64,000 nucleotides of DNA from Aggregatilineales bacterium (GCA_029976025.1 JARKNX010000177.1:8897-72896), one strand, 5' to 3'. Counted from the first letter of the stretch, positions 24,159-33,827 are shown. The notes: generated by a model not told the origin, from the letters alone. Numbers and translations: made by a program.

Positions 24159-24519
24159 ATCGATAGCCCCCGGAGCAACAGCAATTACTGCCACTCATGA
24201 CCCGTTTTATTCTATAAAGGTAAATAAAAATAATCCCTGTCTCAAGTGACACACGTCATTACAAGAATAGCCAATAGGCCTATCACATCCTATTCCTATC
24301 TTTAATCACGTATTTTACCGCAGACCGCCTTTTCTGTCACCCGTCAGCCCGGCACAACGGCCATACAGGGTCGCTTTTTTCGCCGGAGCATATGGGGGAG
24401 AATACTATATGTCCGCCCCTCGCCACGTTTGCAAAGGCAATCCGCGCGGCGGCTGGCGACTATCAGGATCGGGCAGGCCAGCACTTCTTTATGCTTCAGC
24501 AGCCTCTCCGGCCGCCGGT

Positions 24520-24972
24520 CTAGTCGTCCCTGCCGCCAAAGGTGGCTTCGATTCCGGCGACCAGTTGCGCCCGCTGCTGCTCGGTGAGGCGGGCCTCGGG
24601 GTGCATCAGCAGGTAAACCGGGAGCGGCATCTCGCCACTGGTGACCAGATCGGCGATGCCGATCACGTCGTACCGACTGTCGGTGGAAAAGTTCATATGG
24701 TCACGGCCTTGCAGGACATCCCTGGTCACCAGCCACCTGATCGGGGCGATGCCGGCGTACCACGGCCACGCAGTCTCATTGCTGTGGCAGTCGTAGCAGG
24801 CCAGCCGGACCAGCCGCTCCGTTTCCGGCGAATCCCAGGCAATCTGCGTTGTCACCGGCGGGTTAGTCAACTGGCCGCCAACCGGCAGAATCTGAAGTAC
24901 CACAAACGCGATAACGACAAGCCCGATAAGTAACAGTACAATACGCCCCTTGCCCATTGTTCTATCCATCAC
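24520..24972 (-). CDS. Haem-binding-domain protein (membrane-anchored, CxxCH)
   Basis: N-terminal TM (IVLLLIGLVVIAFVVL), then CYDCHSNETAWPWYAGIAPIRWLVTRDVLQGRDHMNFS, typical of the Haem_bd domain. Confidence 0.7.
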   Translation of the reverse strand: MMDRTMGKGRIVLLLIGLVVIAFVVLQILPVGGQLTNPPVTTQIAWDSPETERLVRLACYDCHSNETAWPWYAGIAPIRWLVTRDVLQGRDHMNFSTDSRYDVIGIADLVTSGEMPLPVYLLMHPEARLTEQQRAQLVAGIEATFGGRDD

Positions 24973-25057
24973 CTTTTGTGTAATCCCGACCCCGCAGCAT
25001 TCCCCGACGGTCGATCAGATACAGGCCCTCTGGCCGACAAAAGATCGCCGCGAGGGG

Positions 25058-25450
25058 TCAGCCGGGCGGCATGTTACGCGACCGTTCCGCCAGTATCTGG
25101 CGCGCTTCTTCAACCGATGACGCGACCGTCAGGTTCCTGCCCAGGGTGGGATATATCCGCATAAAAGTGCTGGTCAGCAGGTCAATCAGGAGGCTCCCCG
25201 GGACAATCAGAACAATGCTCCGGCTGGGAGCCATCTCCTGTATAGCGCGTTTGAACTGCCCCAGCGCCCCCAGCGGCGGCGAAGCGCTACCTTCAAAGTT
25301 GGCAATCAGATCTACCCGGTACGGCATAGCCGTCATCATCGTATCGGACTGTCTGACGGCTGTCCAGAACTCCTCCCAGTCCCATTGTTTGCTGAAGTCA
25401 AAGCGGATAACCGTCTTGCTCTCATTGTCCCACACGACCTGAATGGGCAT
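25058..25450 (-). CDS. Hypothetical protein (130 aa)
   Basis: Clean ORF with good GC3 bias. TACAAT -10 element and GGGGA SD upstream. No motif recognised. Confidence 0.55.
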   Translation of the reverse strand: MPIQVVWDNESKTVIRFDFSKQWDWEEFWTAVRQSDTMMTAMPYRVDLIANFEGSASPPLGALGQFKRAIQEMAPSRSIVLIVPGSLLIDLLTSTFMRIYPTLGRNLTVASSVEEARQILAERSRNMPPG

Positions 25451-25585
25451 CAGCTATCCCCATTCTGACAAATTGTAGAATTAATACAGCATTAACCGAA
25501 GAAGGGCAAGTTTACATACAGACAGAGAGGACTGTCAAGGCAAGCAAGCGTCAATAAAACGCTTCCTGCGCCCACCAGGCCCCAA

Positions 25586-27016
25586 TCAGATTGTGATATC
25601 GCCGGGGCCAAATATGCTCCCCGGCTGTATCAACTGGCCCGGGCCGGCGTCAACCGCGCCCACCAGATCGTAGACCATAGCGCCGGTGATGCGCACCGGC
25701 ACAATCTCGCCCACCGGCAGTTCCCCCTCCACCAGCACGTAACCGTCGATCTCGGGAGCATCCCGGTAGGAGCGTCCCAGGCTGATCCTGTCCGGCAGCG
25801 GCCGGCCCTGTTCATCTTCGGCCTGGCCGTAACCTTCTACCAGTATTCCCAGTGTGCGTCCCGCCTGCGCCTGGTTGCGGGCCAGGGAGATTCCCTGCTG
25901 CAATTCCATGAGCCGGTCGTGGCGCTCTGCCTTGACGGCATCGGGCACCTGGTCGGGCAGCGCCGCGCTCGGCGTCCCCACCTCGTACGAGTAGGTGAAG
26001 GCCCCGACCCGGTCGAATCGCAGATCGCGGACCATCGCCAGCAGCGCCTCAAATTCCTGCTCGGTCTCGCCGGGGTAGCCCACAATAAACGTGGTGCGGA
26101 TAGCCAGATCGGGTATCCGCTCCCGCATCAGGCCGATAGTCCGGTATACCCACTCCACGTTGGCCGGGCGGCGCATGCGCAGCAGCGTATCCCGGTGGCC
26201 GTGCTGGAGGGGGATATCGAGGTAGTGCAAAATCTGGGGGGCGTCGGCCATCAGATCGATCAGGCGCGGCGTGACCGCCCCCGGATAGGCGTACATCAGC
26301 CGAATCCAGGGCAGGTCCGGTACCGCCACAGTCAGGCGTTCCAGCAGCTCAGCTAACCCTTCCTTGAGGCCGAGATCGTGGCCGTAATCGGTCAGGTCCT
26401 GAGCGATCAGGATCATTTCTTTGACACCGGCGTCACGAAGCTGCCGGGCTTCTTCCAGAATCAGCTCTATCGGGCGGCTGACCGCGGTGCCTTTGATGCG
26501 GGGGATGGCGCAAAAGGCGCACGGCCGGCGGCAGCCGTCGGCAATCTTGAGGTAAGCGCTGGCGCCCTCGCGGGCAATCCGGAGTGCCCCGCGTTCATCC
26601 GACCCGACTGTCTGCGCCTCATCCGGCAGGTGGTAGATCGGCTGTGGATGGCGGCGCGCCCGCAGGCGCCGCACCAGATCGACGATATCCATCCAGCGGC
26701 GCGTCCCGATGATACCGTCCAGGCCGGGAATCTCCTGGACAAGCGCCTCACCATAGCGCTGTGAAAGGCAGCCCGCCGCGATCAGCATCTGGCCGTCCGC
26801 CTTGCCCTCGGCCAGCTCGGCCAGCGCATCGAGCGATTCCCGACGCGCATCTTCAATGAATCCACAGGTGTTGACGATCAGAATCTCCGCGGCAGCCGGA
26901 TTCTCCACGCCGCGCAGCCCGGCCCTGTTCAGGAGCTGAGCCATACTTTGCGAATCAACGGTATTTTTAGAACATCCCAGGCTGAGCAGGTAGTACGCAT
27001 CGCGGCGTCGAGTCAT
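25586..27016 (-). CDS. rimO: Ribosomal protein S12 methylthiotransferase RimO (radical SAM, MiaB family)
   Basis: N-terminal SLGCSKNTVDSQ...IVNTCGFI. Radical-SAM CRRPCAFC. C-terminal TRAM-like region. Confidence 0.85.
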   Translation of the reverse strand: MTRRRDAYYLLSLGCSKNTVDSQSMAQLLNRAGLRGVENPAAAEILIVNTCGFIEDARRESLDALAELAEGKADGQMLIAAGCLSQRYGEALVQEIPGLDGIIGTRRWMDIVDLVRRLRARRHPQPIYHLPDEAQTVGSDERGALRIAREGASAYLKIADGCRRPCAFCAIPRIKGTAVSRPIELILEEARQLRDAGVKEMILIAQDLTDYGHDLGLKEGLAELLERLTVAVPDLPWIRLMYAYPGAVTPRLIDLMADAPQILHYLDIPLQHGHRDTLLRMRRPANVEWVYRTIGLMRERIPDLAIRTTFIVGYPGETEQEFEALLAMVRDLRFDRVGAFTYSYEVGTPSAALPDQVPDAVKAERHDRLMELQQGISLARNQAQAGRTLGILVEGYGQAEDEQGRPLPDRISLGRSYRDAPEIDGYVLVEGELPVGEIVPVRITGAMVYDLVGAVDAGPGQLIQPGSIFGPGDITI

Positions 27017-27035
27017 GATGGCAGCGTCTTTACGG

Positions 27036-28202
27036 TTATCGGGAGGCAGCGGGCGTGCTCGTCCAGCGCGGAGGCAGCACCGGCGTGGGCGATGGCGTGA
27101 GGGTGAGCGACGGCGTCGCCGTCACAGTCGGCGTTGCGGAGGCGGGCACAGCGAGCGTCTCGGTCGCAACAGGGGCAGAGATCATCGGGGTCGAGCCGAC
27201 GACATCGGCGGCCTGACCGGGCAGCGGCAGGGGCGTCGGCGCCAGGACGGTCTCTTGTCCGGCGGCGTCCGGCGATTCACCCTGCCCCAATTCCTCGAAG
27301 AAAGCGGGCGCATCCGCCCCGGGCGGGGTGAAGGTTGGGACAGGCGCCTGATCGGGGGTCGGAGTCAGCACCAGATCGGGCGTGAAAGTGGTATCCACCG
27401 CTTCACCGCGCGCCCCCAGAAGGCCGAGCGGCAGGTTGTTGAACACGACATCCAGCGCAGCGCCGCTGCCGGCCTGTAAGGTCAGCGACTGCTGCGCCTG
27501 GTACTGAAGGGCTGTCCCGGGCCGGACCACCCCTTCGAAGATTAGAATGCCATCGGCAAGCACCCGCATGAAGGTGCGCTCCGTCACCTGCACATCCAGC
27601 ACCACCCGATCCGTGATCAGCGCCGCGCCGACCTGCCCGCGCGAACCGGGGGGTGGCGTTGGCGAAGGCACAAAAGTGGCGCTGGAAGTGAGCGTGGGGA
27701 CGGTGGGCAGCACCGCCAGAAGGCCGGCACGCTGGCGGCTGGCATCGCGATTGAGCACTTCCTGAACCGCCAGTATGACGCCGCCGCACAACAGGACGAC
27801 CACGCCCGCCAGGAGAACCACAATCACCCCCCGCCATCCCCGGCGCGGGCGCGCTTGCGAGGCTGTCCCATAGCTGTCTTCCGCGGGCGGCGGGACAGGC
27901 ACGGGCGCAGTCACGGCAGTCTGGGGTCTGGTCCGCGTCGCAGGGGAAGATCGGGAGGGGCGCGCCGCCTGGATCGCATCAAACCGGGCCAGCACCGCGT
28001 CGTCATCGAGGGCCAGAAAACGCGCGTAATTACGCAAAAAGCCGCGGGCCTGAACAGCCCCCGGCAAATCATCATACTGGCCCGACTCAAATGCGGCCAG
28101 GTAACGGGCGCGAATACGGAGCGCCTGTTCCACCTGTTCCAGCGTCAATTCCCGGGACTCGCGCGCTTCCTGTAGCTGTTGTCCCAGTCTTTCGGCTTCC
28201 AT
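27036..28202 (-). CDS. RodZ-like HTH / membrane protein
   Basis: HTH N-terminus LGQQLQEARESRELTLEQVEQALRIRARYLAAFESG...RGFLRNYARFL. Pro-rich linker, TM VIVVLLAGVVVLLCGGVILAV, and a C-terminal DUF4115-like domain. Confidence 0.75.
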   Translation of the reverse strand: MEAERLGQQLQEARESRELTLEQVEQALRIRARYLAAFESGQYDDLPGAVQARGFLRNYARFLALDDDAVLARFDAIQAARPSRSSPATRTRPQTAVTAPVPVPPPAEDSYGTASQARPRRGWRGVIVVLLAGVVVLLCGGVILAVQEVLNRDASRQRAGLLAVLPTVPTLTSSATFVPSPTPPPGSRGQVGAALITDRVVLDVQVTERTFMRVLADGILIFEGVVRPGTALQYQAQQSLTLQAGSGAALDVVFNNLPLGLLGARGEAVDTTFTPDLVLTPTPDQAPVPTFTPPGADAPAFFEELGQGESPDAAGQETVLAPTPLPLPGQAADVVGSTPMISAPVATETLAVPASATPTVTATPSLTLTPSPTPVLPPRWTSTPAASR

Positions 28203-28279
28203 GCTGATCCGTTCGCCTGTACTGGCCGCCCGCCCGCGACATACGGAGGCGACTCGCCGGGGCAGTCTGGCCGCGCCGG

Positions 28280-28579
28280 CTAACCCAGCAGAAGATCGCG
28301 CAGATCGCCATCGAACTGCGCCAGAAACTCCCGCCAGGCAGTAATTTCGTAGTCGTCCGGAGGGGTGAGATACCCGGGCAGGGCATCTCCCATGTACGCT
28401 TTGACCAGGCTCTCTGCGCCGCAGCGGGTGCAGAAGGCCACCAGCGTCCAGGTGTCAGAGTCCTGTTCAATCACGTAAATATCCTCGGCCTCATAGGCGC
28501 CGCCGCATTCGCTGCACGGCAGCGTATCCACAAGGCGCTGAATCAGGATATCGTGATCCGATTCCGAATATGTGGCCAT
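28280..28579 (-). CDS. Hypothetical small zinc-ribbon protein (99 aa)
   Basis: CSECGG...CTRCGA Cys pairs. Sits between rplI and the rodZ-like gene on the same strand. Confidence 0.55.
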   Translation of the reverse strand: MATYSESDHDILIQRLVDTLPCSECGGAYEAEDIYVIEQDSDTWTLVAFCTRCGAESLVKAYMGDALPGYLTPPDDYEITAWREFLAQFDGDLRDLLLG

Positions 28580-28599
28580 GCGCTGTTCAGAGACGCCTG

Positions 28600-29184
28600 C
28601 TACTCAGCCGCCAGGGTCTCAGTACGGGATTCTGCCTCGTCGATCAGCTCGACAATCCGATCAGCGGCCATTTCTGGCGCAAGCTCCGGCTCGGCCGCAG
28701 CCTGTGCGCCGGTCCGGCGCGCCATGAAATCGGCGTATTCTTCTTCCCGCACCACAATCACCTTGAGCATGGGTATAAATTCCGAGCCGAGGCGGACAGC
28801 AACATCGTGCTCACCCAGCTCGCGCAGCGCCTGCTGGCTGATACGGCGGCGGTTGATATCAACCCCGGTCTTTTCCAGCAGCGCTTCCTGCATCTCCATC
28901 GTGGTCACCGAGCCATACAGCTTGCCATTGGCGCCGGCGCGGCGGGCAAAAACCAGCTCCACGCCGTCGATCTGGCGGGCCAGCTCATTCAACTCGTTCT
29001 CCAGCGCGGCGCGGCGCGCAGCCGCCGTCTCGCGCAATCTCTGGCTTTGCTTGAGCGACGCCGGGGTCGCTTTCACTGCCAGGCGCTTGGGAATCAGGTA
29101 GTTCCGCCCAAACCCATCAGCAACATCAACGACCTCGCCCGCGACGCCATGCTTGTACACATCCGCCGTGAGGATAACTTTCAT
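28600..29184 (-). CDS. rplI: 50S ribosomal protein L9 (with acidic C-terminal extension)
   Basis: MKVILTADVYKHGVAGEVVDVADGFGRNYLIPKRLAVKATPASL is the canonical L9 N-domain. Confidence 0.9.
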   Translation of the reverse strand: MKVILTADVYKHGVAGEVVDVADGFGRNYLIPKRLAVKATPASLKQSQRLRETAAARRAALENELNELARQIDGVELVFARRAGANGKLYGSVTTMEMQEALLEKTGVDINRRRISQQALRELGEHDVAVRLGSEFIPMLKVIVVREEEYADFMARRTGAQAAAEPELAPEMAADRIVELIDEAESRTETLAAE

Positions 29185-29413
29185 CTTGCGGGTTCCCTTC
29201 TATCCTGCCTAACTGGTTTCAGGGGCCTATCTTACCTGATGGAAGCCCCGCCGACAAGAGTCGATCTCGGTCGCCCCGAATTGTCTGGCCGCTATACAGC
29301 AGGATGAAGATGACTATTTTCCTTGCCAACCGGGAACAGACAGGGTAACTTAACCAACTCTGAGAACCGGCCACAGCCCTGTCCGCGACCTGGTATGAAG
29401 GATCGAACTACCG

Positions 29414-30790
29414 TTGAACACCCTCGGACTCGACTTCGGGACGACTAACTCCAGCGCAGCCCTCTTCAGAACCGGCGATCTGACTGTCATTCGCTCCCCC
29501 GCCAGCGAACCTTCCGGGATTCTTCCTTCGCTGCTCTACATCATGCGCGACCACAAGCACCGGCTGGGCAAGGAGGCCGCCCGGCGTTATCTGCATGAGG
29601 ATACCGGCCGTCCGGCGGAGTGGGAGACCAGGCACGCCGGGACGCTGGAATACTGGGTATCTATCGATATGCCGTCTGTGCTCGGCGGCCGCGTGGAGCC
29701 GGTTCTGATCCGGCAGGACGTATTCGTACAGGAAGACGTCGGGGCCAAAGGGCGGCTGCTCCAGTCGATCAAGACGGCGCTGCGCAACCCGAATTACGCC
29801 GGCACGTCAATCTTCGGGCGGATGTACACAGTCGAAGAGATGATCACCCTGATTCTGGTTGAGCTGCGAACAGCAGCGGAGGAGGCGGCCGGCGGGCCGG
29901 TGGAGCAGGTGCTGCTGGGCCGCCCGGTGACCTTCACCCACAATCTGCACGATGACGCGCGTGCCGAGGCAATCCTGTGTCAGGCGGCACGCGCCGCGGG
30001 CTTTGAGCGTATCGCCTTTATGCTGGAGCCGATTGCGGCGGCCTACTCGTACCATATCAACGCGGACCGCCGGCAGACCGCCCTGATTTTCGATTGCGGC
30101 GGCGGCACGCTCGACCTGACAGTCTGCGAAATCGGGGGCAGCGAGCCGCCGCGCGTCCTGGCGACGCGCGGACTCCTGATCGGCGGCGATGACTTCGACC
30201 GGCGCATCATGGAACGGTTCCTCTGGCGGCACTTCGGCTACGGCAAGCCACATGAGGACGACCGCCGCCTCTCCTACGAGGTATACGATTACCTGCTGGA
30301 CTGGGCGCGCCACCCCGATCTGACCCGCCACGAATACTACCGGGACATCAAACGGGCGGCGACCGTCAACAAGGCCGGCCCGGAGTTCACCGCGCTGTAT
30401 TCCCTGATCAACAACAAATACGGCTATCAGCTTTTTGAAGCTATCGAGAAGGCCAAGATCGCCCTTTCCTCACAGGAGGAGGTCACCCTCTCTTTTCACG
30501 TGGACGGCATCGACATCGATCAGCGGATCACGCGGCAGTCCTTCAGCCGGGCCATACAGGACTACCTCAGCCAGATCGACGACGCCGTACAGGAGGTCGC
30601 GGCCCGATCCGGCCTGGCAGAAACAGCCATCGATCTGGTGATCTGCACCGGAGGGTCGTCCGCAGTGCCCGCTATCAGGTCACTCCTCGAATCGCACTTC
30701 GGAGCGAAAAAACTGCGCCAGCATAATTCCTTCCTGAGCGTTTCCTCCGGGCTGGCGATCGCGGCCTCGCTGAACGGGCATATGGGCTAG
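29414..30790 (+). CDS. Hsp70-family ATPase, nucleotide-binding domain only
   Basis: TTG start. Phosphate-1 LGLDFGTTNSSAA, phosphate-2 IFDCGGGTLDLTV, adenosine motif LVICTGGSSAVPAIR. 458 aa, so no room for a DnaK-type substrate-binding domain. Confidence 0.8.
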   Translation: MNTLGLDFGTTNSSAALFRTGDLTVIRSPASEPSGILPSLLYIMRDHKHRLGKEAARRYLHEDTGRPAEWETRHAGTLEYWVSIDMPSVLGGRVEPVLIRQDVFVQEDVGAKGRLLQSIKTALRNPNYAGTSIFGRMYTVEEMITLILVELRTAAEEAAGGPVEQVLLGRPVTFTHNLHDDARAEAILCQAARAAGFERIAFMLEPIAAAYSYHINADRRQTALIFDCGGGTLDLTVCEIGGSEPPRVLATRGLLIGGDDFDRRIMERFLWRHFGYGKPHEDDRRLSYEVYDYLLDWARHPDLTRHEYYRDIKRAATVNKAGPEFTALYSLINNKYGYQLFEAIEKAKIALSSQEEVTLSFHVDGIDIDQRITRQSFSRAIQDYLSQIDDAVQEVAARSGLAETAIDLVICTGGSSAVPAIRSLLESHFGAKKLRQHNSFLSVSSGLAIAASLNGHMG

Positions 30791-30826
30791 ACGGCCTCGC
30801 CGGGGCCGCCGGCAGGGGTCCGACCG

Positions 30827-32383
30827 ATGAGGAGCCAACCGAAGCCGCTCTCGCTCTCCACCTGGGCTGTTCTGGCCGTCGTCCTGGCCGCGTTCGGCCT
30901 GTCGGCGGCCGTCAGCCGCGCCCCCTTCGAACGCCTGCCGCACCTCGAAGATGAAGTCACATATCTGTGGCAGGCTCGCCTGTTTGCCAGCGGGCAGATC
31001 ACCATGCCCTCACCGGCGCCGCGCCAGTCCTACTGGCAGCCGTTCGTCATCGATTATCAGGGGCAGCGCTTCGGCAAATATCCGCCAGGATGGCCGTTGC
31101 TGCTGGCCGCCGGGGTCCTCCTCGGCCAGCCCTGGATCGTCAACAGCTTCCTGGCCGCTCTGACTGTCGCCCTGACCTATCGCCTGGGGCGCGCAATCTT
31201 CGACGCTCCGACCGGCCTGCTGGGCGCTTTGCTGACAGCGGCTTCCCCCACCTTTCTGCTGCTCTCCGGCTCTCTGATGAACCACACCGCCTCGACCTTC
31301 TGGGGGCTGGTGATGGCGTGCGCCTTCTGGCGCCTGGCGCGCCGGCCAGGCCGCCGTCCGGCGGCGCTGGGCGGCCTGGCCCTGGGCATTCTGATCAGCA
31401 CCCGCCCGCTGACCGCCGCCGGGCTGCTGTTGCCCTTCGCCGTTGCTGCCACTTTGACCGCGCGCACGCTGTATCGCCGCCTCCGGCATCAGGCGATCGC
31501 CCTGCCCCTCCGCCGCGCCGCCGGGCTGGCGGCCATCCTGATCGGCTGCGCCGCGCTGGCTGCATCCCCTCTGCCGCTGCACAATGCCGCCGCCACCGGC
31601 GACGCGACAGCCAATCTCTACCAGTTCGTGTGGGAATACGACCAGATCGGCTTCGGGCCTGACCATGGGCGCTACGGCCACACCCCGGAGGGCGCCCTGC
31701 GCAACATGCGCCAGGACCTCAGCCTGTGGAGCTCCGACCTGTTCGGCTGGCAGATGTCCCCGGCGTTTCACGACTGGCTGGCCGGGCAAACGGGCTGGCA
31801 GCTCGGCGCGGGGATAAGCTGGCTGCTGCTCCCGATCGGGCTGGCGGCGTCCCGCCGGAACCCGTGGGCGTGGCTGCTGTCGGGGATGTTCCTGGGTCTG
31901 GTGGCCGTTCACCTGCTATACTGGATCGGGGCGCAAACCTATAGCGCCCGCTACTATGCAGAGGCGATCCCGGCGCTGGCTCTGATCAGTGCCGCCGGAG
32001 TCCGGGCGCTGGCCGGCCGCTTCCCCGCCCGGCTGATCTACGGCTTGCTGCTGGCCGCCCTCAGCGTCAGCCTGCTCACTTACACCCCTCCCCGGCTGGC
32101 TGCTCTGTGGCGGCTGAATGATATCGGCCGGGACGATATCGCCGCGCTGGAGGACCTGCGCGATGGCCGGCCTGTCCTGATGCTGGTCACCGGGGCGGAA
32201 CGGCGAAGCTGGCGCGAATGGGGCACGTACATGGCCCTGACCAGCCCCGATCTGATGAGCGATGTCGTGGCCGCTCGCGAACACGGCTGGCCGGGCGAGC
32301 TGGACGCGATACTGGCCCGCTTCCCCGACCGGCAGATCATCATCCTGCCGCCGGATGGCCTTTTGCGGCCCTATGGGCGCTGA
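30827..32383 (+). CDS. GT39/ArnT-like membrane glycosyltransferase (second copy)
   Basis: 518 aa, >10 TM helices. The first-loop motif LEDEVTYLWQARLF and GKYPPGWPLLLA are typical of PMT_2/ArnT-like enzymes. Confidence 0.7.
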   Translation: MRSQPKPLSLSTWAVLAVVLAAFGLSAAVSRAPFERLPHLEDEVTYLWQARLFASGQITMPSPAPRQSYWQPFVIDYQGQRFGKYPPGWPLLLAAGVLLGQPWIVNSFLAALTVALTYRLGRAIFDAPTGLLGALLTAASPTFLLLSGSLMNHTASTFWGLVMACAFWRLARRPGRRPAALGGLALGILISTRPLTAAGLLLPFAVAATLTARTLYRRLRHQAIALPLRRAAGLAAILIGCAALAASPLPLHNAAATGDATANLYQFVWEYDQIGFGPDHGRYGHTPEGALRNMRQDLSLWSSDLFGWQMSPAFHDWLAGQTGWQLGAGISWLLLPIGLAASRRNPWAWLLSGMFLGLVAVHLLYWIGAQTYSARYYAEAIPALALISAAGVRALAGRFPARLIYGLLLAALSVSLLTYTPPRLAALWRLNDIGRDDIAALEDLRDGRPVLMLVTGAERRSWREWGTYMALTSPDLMSDVVAAREHGWPGELDAILARFPDRQIIILPPDGLLRPYGR

Positions 32384-32515
32384 GAGTACAACTTCAGAAG
32401 ACAACCTGCGTATTCAGTGTTAAAGATCGACAGGGCGGGCAAGGTCCGAGCGGCCCGCCCCCGATCCGATGATGAATCGCCACCTGATATCGCTTACAGG
32501 GAGCAAGACACAGCT

Positions 32516-33697
32516 ATGCGCGTCATCGTTCACACCGGCAAAGGCGGGGTTGGCAAGACCAGTGTCTCTGCTGCGACAGCCCTCCGCTGTGCAGAAATGG
32601 GCCTCAAGACCATCGTCATCAGCACCGACACGGCGCACAGCCTGGCCGATTCGCTCGACATCAAGATCGGCCCGGAACCGATCCAGATTCAGGCCAATCT
32701 GTGGGCACAGGAAGTTGATGCCCGCTATTCCATGGAAAAGTACTGGGGCAAGTTCCAGGAATACATGGTCACGCTATTCACCCAGCGCGGCGTCAACGAG
32801 ATCGTGGCGGAAGAAGTTACGCTCCTGCCCGGCCTGGAAGAAGGCGCGCACCTGCTCTGGATTAACAAGTTTTATGAGGAAGGCGAGTTCGACGTGCTGG
32901 TCGTGGACGCCGCCCCCACCGCCGAGACGCTGCGCCTGCTCAGCCTGCCCGACGCCAGCCGGTGGTGGCTGGAGAAAATCATCTCGCTGGCCAGCGGCAC
33001 GGCCGGCCGGCTGCTGCGCCCCCTCAGCCGGCTGGCGATCGGGACGGAGCTGCCCGATAACGAGGCGTGGCGGGCGATCAAGGACCTGTTCGACACGCTG
33101 GACCGCGTGCGCGCACTGCTGGCGCAGCCAGAAGTGAGCAGCATCCGGCTGGTGGTGAACGCCGAAAAGATGGTCATCAAAGAGACACAGCGCACCTACA
33201 CCTACCTCAACCTGTATGGCTACCCCACTGATGCCGTGCTCTGCAATCGCATCATCCCGGATACTGTGATCGACCCCTACTTTCAGGCCTGGAAGGATGC
33301 CCAGAAGCTCAACCTGGAGCTGATCAACGAGGCTTTCGGCGGCCTGCCCGTCCTGAAGGCGCCGCTGTTCGGGCAGGAGATGGGTGGCTTTGACACCCTG
33401 CGCCGGCTGGCCGACGCATTCTACGGCGACCGCAGCCCGGCGGAAGTGATGTTCAGCGGCCAGACGCACACGATCGAGAAGGATCTCAAGACGGGCGGGT
33501 ATCACCTCCGTGTGCCGCTGCCCTTCGCCGATAAGGATGACATGGACCTGTTCCGCTCCCGCGACGAGCTGACCCTGCGCGTGGGGCCTTACCGCCGCAA
33601 CATCATCCTGCCTTACGCCCTTCATACGCTGCAGATCGACAGCGCCCGCTTCGACGCCTCGGTCCTGGATATTCATTTTGTCGGCCAGAAGACGTGA
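32516..33697 (+). CDS. Single-domain ArsA/Get3-family ATPase with HSP20-like C-terminal domain
   Basis: ATG at 32516 follows AGGGAG. Deviant Walker A TGKGGVGKTSVSAA. Switch DTAHSL. VVDAAPTAETLRLLSLP. The C-terminal ~80 aa (YHLRVPLPFADKDDMDLFRSRDELTLRVGPYRRNIILP) resembles the ArsA_HSP20 module. Confidence 0.8.
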   Translation: MRVIVHTGKGGVGKTSVSAATALRCAEMGLKTIVISTDTAHSLADSLDIKIGPEPIQIQANLWAQEVDARYSMEKYWGKFQEYMVTLFTQRGVNEIVAEEVTLLPGLEEGAHLLWINKFYEEGEFDVLVVDAAPTAETLRLLSLPDASRWWLEKIISLASGTAGRLLRPLSRLAIGTELPDNEAWRAIKDLFDTLDRVRALLAQPEVSSIRLVVNAEKMVIKETQRTYTYLNLYGYPTDAVLCNRIIPDTVIDPYFQAWKDAQKLNLELINEAFGGLPVLKAPLFGQEMGGFDTLRRLADAFYGDRSPAEVMFSGQTHTIEKDLKTGGYHLRVPLPFADKDDMDLFRSRDELTLRVGPYRRNIILPYALHTLQIDSARFDASVLDIHFVGQKT

Positions 33698-33827
33698 GTA
33701 TGCCCGGCCGGCCCGCCGCAAGACCAAGCATTTCAGAGTCCGGGCGTGTAGATGCTATACAAGCGCGGCCGTCTTCATCCCGCCGCGCTCGCTGCGACGC
33801 CCTGGCGCCTGATCCGAGGTCCCGTCC

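Noticed and set aside
24409-24933. 174-aa plus-strand ORF starting in the AT-rich spacer.
   Set aside because: It is mostly antisense to the haem-binding-domain gene, whose CxxCH and Haem_bd motifs are convincing. No motifs were recognised in the plus-strand product.
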